Of a stretch of DNA of 55,363 bases, positions 48,923-55,363 are shown in pieces; position 1 is the first letter of the stretch, and every line of letters begins with the position of its first letter. The notes under the pieces are model-generated. The model was given only the letters and a program-made list of their open reading frames with translations. It made no database searches and was not told the origin of the DNA. A program made the translations under genes and the position numbers. The DNA is from an uncultured Desulfobacteraceae bacterium (lineage in GTDB: Bacteria > Desulfobacterota > DSM-4660 > Desulfatiglandales > B25-G16). The stretch lies in NCBI GenBank assembly GCA_964549945.1, contig CAZJXD010000003.1, forward strand, positions 64,328 to 119,690, given 5' to 3'.

Positions 48923-49005
48923 ATGATAAGAACTCCCTTTTTATAGGTCGAAGCATAGGCGATTTTGCCTTGTGTGTAAAGGGTGAAGTGAATGCATTAT
49001 GTGGT
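48922..49005 (-). repeat. alaS promoter/RBS segment, copy 1
   Basis: 84 bp with 5 mismatches to 51454-51537. Contains TTTACA-17-TATGCT and an AAGGGAG SD on the minus strand. Confidence 0.85.
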
Positions 49006-49498
49006 ATACCTTCATTTTAAGCGGAGATGAGATCGAGGATGGGAAGGCATTCAAAGGTGGGAAAGGGAGAGCTGGGGCCATAGATTCGTGGAAAGGACGA
49101 AAGTTACTCGAAAAAAGGATATACCTCTCGCCTGACATTGCTGTAATAACCATACTACCTGACCATCTGCTCCCCCTTGTTGGGGACATGGGAGCACATG
49201 GCCGTTCCCCCGTTAAATAGACGAATTGAATTTCAGGAGATTTTTGGAAGCAAAAGCTTGCAATGAAGCTAACGCAAAATGAGCATGTCTATATTTAACA
49301 GGGCAGGGCCATTCGAGGGCGTCAAAGACCTTCTCCTGTTTTACAATGGAATCATGGGTTGCCTTGCCTATTTATTGGGCACGCCGAATTTAATGGCTAA
49401 AGTCTCTATAATCAACCTTTTTGCCCTCTTATCGGGGTTGATTGCACTCTGGCAAAGCCCTTGAATCCTCTTGGTCATTTGGTTAAAATCCGTTTCCG

Positions 49499-50131
49499 CT
49501 AGCCTAACCTTAGGGGGGGTGTCCCCGGGAGAACTCGTTTAGGGGGTTCCTGAGAAACCTCTCCCCATCGCACCATTGTCCCTACAACAAATTCAATGAA
49601 ATGTCTGCATATGTGTTCTTTTCCATACCATGTCCGAAGAATAATCTCATTTTCTTCTGGTGTTCTATCGTGAAGTCCGGTTAGAACTCCGCAGTTAATG
49701 GAACCAAATTTGCTATTGAACACGTAAGCGAGATCACGGATATAAGGCATAATCGCCTGGCAGGCAATTCTTTCTTCATGCTCTGTACGCGGTTCGAGTG
49801 CTCGGTAAGCCATTAGACCCATTGCAATGACACCGCCTGATATTGCGCCGCATATCTCGCCTAGGCAGACACCACCGCGGAAGCCAGTGGCAATCCAGAA
49901 GGGCAGATCACCGCCCGGCAAATCATAGGCTTCCTGTAGTACTTTAATTGTAGTTGGGGCACAATGATTCCATTGCGCCAACATTGTTATGGGGTGATCC
50001 CATTCTGCCCTTTCCATAAAGAAGTCATGCGCCTTTTTTACCGCCTCATCGCTCGATATTTTGGGCTTGGGGTATCTCATCTTTAGGATAGCAGCATCAA
50101 CATCTTCAGGGGTAATTTCACGATTTATCAT
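49499..50131 (-). CDS. C_GCAxxG_C_C family putative redox protein
   Basis: HCA...GGVCLGEICGAISG...SINC...IC pattern. GGAGG SD upstream. Confidence 0.8.
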   Translation of the reverse strand: MINREITPEDVDAAILKMRYPKPKISSDEAVKKAHDFFMERAEWDHPITMLAQWNHCAPTTIKVLQEAYDLPGGDLPFWIATGFRGGVCLGEICGAISGGVIAMGLMAYRALEPRTEHEERIACQAIMPYIRDLAYVFNSKFGSINCGVLTGLHDRTPEENEIILRTWYGKEHICRHFIEFVVGTMVRWGEVSQEPPKRVLPGTPPLRLG

Positions 50132-50247
50132 TTTTTCCTCCTCTGTTAACCTATTCTAAGGCTGAGCTTTATAAGCTATTAACTGCCGCGTCATTTTTAG
50201 CAAGTTCCCCTGATATTCATCGGGTACAGGGCTGTGGCTTTTTTGTA

Positions 50248-51135
50248 TCAGGAAGGACCCGACAAATCACTGTAAAAAGAGATGAGGGCCGAAATATCCC
50301 AGTTACCGCGGCCTTTCGCGACCTGCGTGGCCAGGGCCTGGGCATGCAAGCTGCTGAGGAATAAGGGCTGGTTCAGCCGCGTGCCCATCGCAAGCATCAG
50401 CTGGACATCTTTGCGGTGCGATGAAAGTGTGCCTTCCGGCGGCAGAAAATCCTTTTCGATCATCTTCAGCCCTTTCATATCCATGGCCTTTGAATAGGCG
50501 GCGGATTTCTTAAGAACCTCCAGCAGCCGATACAGGTCCATGCCGGCTTTTCTGGCAAGCGACAGACCTTCCGCAAGGACCATGCGATTCAGGCCGAGCA
50601 CCAGGTTGACGATCAGCTTCATAGTAGCCCCCGCCCCATTCTTGCCGAGGTAGAAGGTTTCCTTGCCCAGATGGTCGAAAATGGTTTTGCACTCGTCAAA
50701 TATCTTTTCTTGCCCGCCGACCATGAAGGTGATATCTCGCTCGGCGCACATCTTGCTGGTGCCGCTGATGGTAGCATCCAGCATCTCTACCCCTTTTTCT
50801 CTCAACTGCCCGGCCAATGCTTCCGACTTGATCGGATCTGCAGTGGTCGTATCAATCAAAATCAATCCCTTGGCATGGCCGTCGAATAGTCTAAGAGTGT
50901 TCCTGACCACGTCCTCGACCACATCGGAGTTGGGCAGGGACAACATAACGACATCCACTTGGCCGGCAATTTCTTCCGGCTTTTTTACTTCTTGACCCCC
51001 CGCCGCGACAATGGGGGGAATTTTACTCGGGTCGGCATCGTATCCGAATACCTGGAATCCGTCTGAAAGCAGATTCCTGACCATGCCGCCGCCCATTAAC
51101 CCAAGGCCGATAAAACCGATCCTGCTTATTGCCAT
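50248..51135 (-). CDS. NAD(P)-dependent beta-hydroxyacid dehydrogenase (3-hydroxyisobutyrate DH family)
   Basis: IGFIGLGLMG, LDATISG, MVGG, MKLIVN, KD. Confidence 0.9.
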   Translation of the reverse strand: MAISRIGFIGLGLMGGGMVRNLLSDGFQVFGYDADPSKIPPIVAAGGQEVKKPEEIAGQVDVVMLSLPNSDVVEDVVRNTLRLFDGHAKGLILIDTTTADPIKSEALAGQLREKGVEMLDATISGTSKMCAERDITFMVGGQEKIFDECKTIFDHLGKETFYLGKNGAGATMKLIVNLVLGLNRMVLAEGLSLARKAGMDLYRLLEVLKKSAAYSKAMDMKGLKMIEKDFLPPEGTLSSHRKDVQLMLAMGTRLNQPLFLSSLHAQALATQVAKGRGNWDISALISFYSDLSGPS

Positions 51136-51256
51136 GCAACTTCTCCTTTGCTCATTATAGAAACATACTCATGATGTCTATTGAATTATAGACTCCTCGG
51201 TAATCCTGCCGTCAACGGCGCGAAACCTCTTCAGTCATTCTTTAAAGTAACGCCGC

Positions 51257-51457
51257 CTAAGGCGAAATTACCACCTTCATCACAGTTTCCTTTAGGGCCT
51301 GCATAAGCCTCAACCCCTGCTCAACCTCCTCGAGCTTCAAGCGGTGGCTGATAAGCTCCGTCACATCGACGGCGCCCGATTGAATAAATCGGGTCACGCC
51401 AGGGATCGCTTCAGACCCTCTATAGGACTGTGATCCCCGCATTTCAAGTTCTCTATG
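51257..51457 (-). pseudogene. C-terminal remnant of Zn-dependent alcohol dehydrogenase (MDR family)
   Basis: RELEMRGS...LISHRLKLEEVEQG...MKVVISP. The 5' part is replaced by the duplicated alaS promoter. Confidence 0.75.
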
Positions 51458-51557
51458 ATAAGGACTCCCTTTTTATAGGTCGAGGTATAGGCGATTTTGC
51501 CTCGTGTGTAAAGGGTGAAGTGAACGCATTATGTGGTTACCTCTCGCCTGACATCGC
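51454..51557 (-). repeat. alaS promoter/RBS segment, copy 2 (with ~115-bp deletion)
   Basis: Matches 48922-49005, then jumps to the sequence matching 49122-49141 (TACCTCTCGCCTGACAT). Confidence 0.85.
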
Positions 51558-51826
51558 CACCCAATTGGGAAAATTAGGCGTGGTGGCCTTCCAGAGGCGG
51601 GTAGCCCTCTGGATACCTATCTGCGTGCGGTCACGCACAGGCAGGCTCAGGGCCGACAAATAAGGACTCGTTCGACCTAGAGGCTCTCGACAGGTTATCG
51701 GAATCGGGGAACCGGGAGGTCGAGTAATCCCATCGTAGCTACCCCGTCAGTCATTTGCTCAGCAGGATCGGAAGACTGTTCACTGTTGCGCCACAGGCTA
51801 GGCAGAAGATTCAATAATAATCAACC

Positions 51827-53395
51827 TCAAAGAGGGCGATAAAACCCATTGATGATTTCTACCAGTCCCCACCGGACTCCTTCGGGCTGGCTGCTGAAGG
51901 AGGGCATCGCCGTACCCTGGTAACCGTTCGTGATCACCTCAAAGGCCCTCTTGGGCGATAGATTATACACGGTGAAATCTTGAGGTTTGGGCCTGAACCT
52001 TTGAGAGAGATTCGACCCCTTGCCATCCGTCCCGTGGCAGGATGAGCACGTTTTGGCGAAGATGCTCTGGGCCTGTTTGTGCTCCGATTTGGAAACTTGA
52101 ACGGATGGTGCTTCAGGAGAATGCGAGAGATGATACCTGTTATCCAGATAGGCGTACAGATCGTTCAGCTTATCCCTGTCAAAAAAAGTGAAGTACGGCA
52201 TGGCAGATCCGGGGACACCTTTTACCAATAGTTCTCGAAAATATGCCTTGGTTGTTCTTATGGCAGAAAGATCCTCCGGTGAAATCGTAAGATTTTTTGC
52301 CTCCGGCCCTTTGCCATCGGCATCTTCACCGTGGCAGAAGGCGCAGCCTTGCAGATAGATCACATCCCCCCTGTCATAGATGACAGCGAGGTCCGATTTG
52401 TATCTCTGAAGAGCTTCTTGCGTGTAGGGTTGTAGTTTCTTTGCATAGGTCGAGGCATTGGCCCTCAGTTGCCCACTGAAAGGCAAGAGATTCCGATCTT
52501 GAATGGACTTTCTTGCCACCACCATAGACGCCAGGATCACTATGAGTATCGGCACGACTGATTTTACCGTTAAGGGAAGATCTTTGCTCGAATTGAAATA
52601 GATCATCCAAAGCAAAAAGGCCGTGGCAATGACTCCTAGTATCAAAGAGATATTGATAACGCTATCCGGTCTTTTCGGCAAGAAAGCATACAGCGATATT
52701 CCCAGGACAAACTGGAGCAAGATCCCTGCAACGATCCATTTGAGAAGAGATGCGCGCTTCTCCCTTTTTTCTATCGTTGAGAAGAGATAATGAAAGACAG
52801 CGCCGAATACGATAGCAGCCCCTAAGATATGCAAGTATCTCAAGAGCCCGTACAAAACAAAAGGACCCTGCAGGTTGTAGCCGTTTTTTACGATCGTGTG
52901 CCATGCATCAGGATTTTCACCGATGACCAGGGCCGCAACAAATACGCCGGCGACAGCAAGCAGCAAAAAGAGGGCAGTAACCCCAAACGCCAGATGGAGA
53001 CGGTGGTGAACCTCTATCTTATGACCAAGGGTATCGAAGGAGAGGAATGCGATTATTAAAAAAGGTATGATCAGCATCCAGAAAGGAGCTATAAAATTAA
53101 TAGCCGTAAAAAAGGGGACGGCAAACTCTAATTGAATCAAGAGCAAAGGTGCCACCCCCAGGACGACTGTCAGCGACTTGTGAGCGAGAAAGGTCTTTAA
53201 GATCTCCTTGTCCCATCTCAACTCATGGAGCCTTTTACCATACCAGGCATGGACAAAATAGAAGAGGGCCAGGACAGCGGTGCCCAAGGTGAGGAGCACA
53301 AAGAGCATGTGGAGCGTAAATGTGGTGAGAAGAAGACCTCGCAGCACGGAGTCGGCCAGTGGTTTTTTGAGAAGGATATCAAACAGGCTATTCAT
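51827..53395 (-). CDS. Membrane protein with two c-type haems (partner subunit of bd-like oxidase)
   Basis: LHMLFV, LGVAPLLLIQ, RYLH, about 9 TMs. Haem motifs CAFCH..SAMP and CSSCH..TAMP. Confidence 0.82.
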   Translation of the reverse strand: MNSLFDILLKKPLADSVLRGLLLTTFTLHMLFVLLTLGTAVLALFYFVHAWYGKRLHELRWDKEILKTFLAHKSLTVVLGVAPLLLIQLEFAVPFFTAINFIAPFWMLIIPFLIIAFLSFDTLGHKIEVHHRLHLAFGVTALFLLLAVAGVFVAALVIGENPDAWHTIVKNGYNLQGPFVLYGLLRYLHILGAAIVFGAVFHYLFSTIEKREKRASLLKWIVAGILLQFVLGISLYAFLPKRPDSVINISLILGVIATAFLLWMIYFNSSKDLPLTVKSVVPILIVILASMVVARKSIQDRNLLPFSGQLRANASTYAKKLQPYTQEALQRYKSDLAVIYDRGDVIYLQGCAFCHGEDADGKGPEAKNLTISPEDLSAIRTTKAYFRELLVKGVPGSAMPYFTFFDRDKLNDLYAYLDNRYHLSHSPEAPSVQVSKSEHKQAQSIFAKTCSSCHGTDGKGSNLSQRFRPKPQDFTVYNLSPKRAFEVITNGYQGTAMPSFSSQPEGVRWGLVEIINGFYRPL

Positions 53396-54755
53396 TGCTT
53401 TCCGGATTCCGTAAAGGAGCAAACCGGGAAAGGGGTTTGAGCCCTATTTCTTTATTCGACAGCTGGGAGAAGAATCTCGCCAAGGTTCGGCGCTCATCGT
53501 CTGTCCCTGAAAATGGGGGCATAAAAGGCACCATCTCGTGGGTATGTTTCAGGATGACGAGGATGCCGTCTTCTGTTCTGCCGCCGAACCTTGCCCGGAT
53601 ATCATTTATCCCCCCGATGGTGTGGCAGGACGAACAATTCCGGGCGAAGAGGTATGCGCCCTGGCTGACAACATCGGGCTTGGTAACCGTCTTGCTATAC
53701 CAATAAGCACTTTCGAGAGCGCCGGTCTTGTTAAAAAAAGGGGACTCTGCCAGCAGCACCTGATTCGAGTACATATAACCCGGAATCAGATAAGGTCCTC
53801 TGATGAACTCTCTTATTCGCTCAAATTCCGCTGTGAAGCCGATCGATATGAGAATGACGGGGATGATCAGGATTCTTGATGGGCGGGCACTACCCTTCAG
53901 TCCAAACACCATAAGCAGTAAGAAAAGGATCGCGCCACCACTGTTGGCATACCAGAAGAATTCTGGATATTGAGAAAACCGGGAAGTCAGGACGGAGAAC
54001 ACGCTGTTGGTTTTATAAGCCGGGGGCACAATGCTGAAATACCACCATGAAAATCCAATAGTGGCGAAAAAACAAATAAGGGCTATCTTAGAAAGTAACG
54101 TTAAGGCTTCTTTACGGAAAGGACTATCTTGGACAGAAAAGAGAAGGAAGGCTATGGAGAATAAGGCGCCAAAGGCAAAAGATCCGGCAATTCGCAGGAA
54201 GAGTTGAGGAGGAAAGCTCAGGTTAAAGAAACCGGACCAGAAACTCTTGCTCCAGGGCCAGCTTTCGGGGGTGAGCATGAATCCGAGGATGCCTGTGATC
54301 AGGAAGGCAGAGGCGAGGGCAAGGAGAACGTAGCTCGCTCCGACATAGAGGTGGCGCTTTTTCCGCTGGCCAGTCCATTTATCCCACATGAAGTAGTAGA
54401 TAAGAATGACGCCCACTTCCAAGGTAAAAATGATCCATTCGATAAACCAGGGCCAGAAGAAGACTCGCAATAGTGAACCGATGCCTCTCGGTGAGAGAAC
54501 GCTTGTGATAAACCATATCCCCACTCCCGTAACTGCGCCAACTCCGGTGACGATGATGATGGTTGGTTTGAGGAGGGTTTTGGCAAAGGTCTCCCAGTGC
54601 GGCGAAGATCTCCTGAGACCGAGATATTCTCCGAGGACGATCATTGCCACAACGCCGATGCTGACTCCATGGCTGATAACCACGTGGAGCACCGCGTTCA
54701 ATGCGATAGTCATGCCGTTGCCGAGATAGGGAACCTGAAAGATCGGAAATTCCAA
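53388..54755 (-). CDS. Cytochrome bd subunit I (CydA)-like protein fused to cytochrome c
   Basis: LHVVISHG, GAVTGVGIWF, WFIEW..FTLE, GILGFMLTP, REFIRGPY, CSSCH...MPPF. GAAGGAG SD before TTG. Confidence 0.82.
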   Translation of the reverse strand: MEFPIFQVPYLGNGMTIALNAVLHVVISHGVSIGVVAMIVLGEYLGLRRSSPHWETFAKTLLKPTIIIVTGVGAVTGVGIWFITSVLSPRGIGSLLRVFFWPWFIEWIIFTLEVGVILIYYFMWDKWTGQRKKRHLYVGASYVLLALASAFLITGILGFMLTPESWPWSKSFWSGFFNLSFPPQLFLRIAGSFAFGALFSIAFLLFSVQDSPFRKEALTLLSKIALICFFATIGFSWWYFSIVPPAYKTNSVFSVLTSRFSQYPEFFWYANSGGAILFLLLMVFGLKGSARPSRILIIPVILISIGFTAEFERIREFIRGPYLIPGYMYSNQVLLAESPFFNKTGALESAYWYSKTVTKPDVVSQGAYLFARNCSSCHTIGGINDIRARFGGRTEDGILVILKHTHEMVPFMPPFSGTDDERRTLARFFSQLSNKEIGLKPLSRFAPLRNPESNE

Positions 54756-55169
54756 CGAGATTTCTCCTTCGGCTTGGAACGAGCCCCGGGCTGGCCTCCC
54801 AACCTTGGGGGCAGGCCTCTTTTCTTTACATCCTTTTTTTGTCTCAAATCATAGAATAAAACATTATGATTGTCGATAGTTAGAGGTATTTATCACTTTT
54901 TCTTCTTCAATAATTCCTCCAGCACCCCTTTGACCCCTTCTTCGATGAGCCCCGTGCGATTGAGCAGGCCTCCGCTGTATATGTTGCCGGCCCGGCGTTT
55001 TACCACAATCTCAGCGGTAAAGAACACATTATGGGGTCTGCTCTTGAATCATAGTAGTTCAGTACGCATCTAGCGCAGTACGAAATAAAGGGTCTTGTCG
55101 GCGTCATGGAGAATGATTGGAGCAAGAGTGGCTTAAGGATCAAGGCACACCGCTCAGGTCTGCGAATAG

Positions 55170-55207
55170 GAAAAGGAAAGGCCCGGATCATTTTAAAATC
55201 CGGGCCT
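55170..55207 (-). terminator. Rho-independent terminator
   Basis: AGGCCCGGAT/ATCCGGGCCT 10-bp stem followed on the minus strand by TTCCTTTT. Confidence 0.6.
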
Positions 55208-55363
55208 CTTAGTTGGTGGTGGGTATGTGGTGGATTAGGCAGCTATAGTGAACTCAATCAATAAGGAACCTATATACGGGATATCAACACAGCAAAGCCA
55301 ACAAACTAGAAAAACGGTGGTTGTGTTTATTGAGTTTCCGCTTGGGGGGTATCCGCTTTTTCT

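Noticed and set aside
48923-49200. T-box riboswitch upstream of alaS
   Set aside because: No T-box antiterminator consensus or terminator. The promoter sits right next to the RBS.
51616-51650. GGTCACGCACAGG resembling the start of a c-di-GMP-I riboswitch
   Set aside because: The GCAAACC/GAAA/GACGCAAAGC core is absent. It is better explained as a short REP-like palindrome (CTGCGTGCG..CGCACAG).
54893-55069. 58-codon minus-strand frame with in-frame TGA at codon 7 (possible selenoprotein)
   Set aside because: No SD, no redox-motif context around the TGA, and no convincing G-loop SECIS. More likely a gene remnant. Homologues with Cys at that position would revive it.
167-55191. Numerous antisense and off-frame ORFs in the six-frame track
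   Set aside because: They lie within well-supported genes and show no motifs, so I treated them as shadow ORFs.
1-55363. CRISPR arrays, tRNA/rRNA, integrases, transposases, known defence systems
   Set aside because: None recognised on reading either strand. A tRNAscan/Rfam/DefenseFinder run would be the definitive check.

Overview
Gene-dense chromosomal window, probably from an anaerobic Desulfobacterota-like bacterium (inferred from gene content). Housekeeping genes include pyrK-pyrD, an HU/IHF gene and alaS. The ORF track misses two features: a ~270-nt large, Alu-domain-containing SRP RNA (2211-2480, minus) 22 nt downstream of the HU/IHF gene, and the true 5' end of selD, a selenoprotein gene with an in-frame UGA and a SECIS-like hairpin that lies downstream of a LysR regulator. 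Accessory content includes a FolE2-fold protein that appears to lack its catalytic motifs, and a GAF/sigma54 activator with three nearby -24/-12 promoters. There are also several PilZ/RxxxR putative c-di-GMP effectors, an uncharacterised membrane protein + VWA lipoprotein pair, an HcnCAB/opine-oxidase-like operon and a DUF917/DUF1177/AroM/peptide-ABC catabolic locus. Further along are a MEDS-PAS-GAF kinase and a cytochrome bd-like/cytochrome c pair. Rearrangement scars include internally deleted AroM and acyl-CoA ligase genes and a duplicated alaS promoter bracketing a 2.5-kb block. I saw no CRISPR array, rRNA, tRNA or intact transposase. Family assignments are from motif recognition only; no searches were run.
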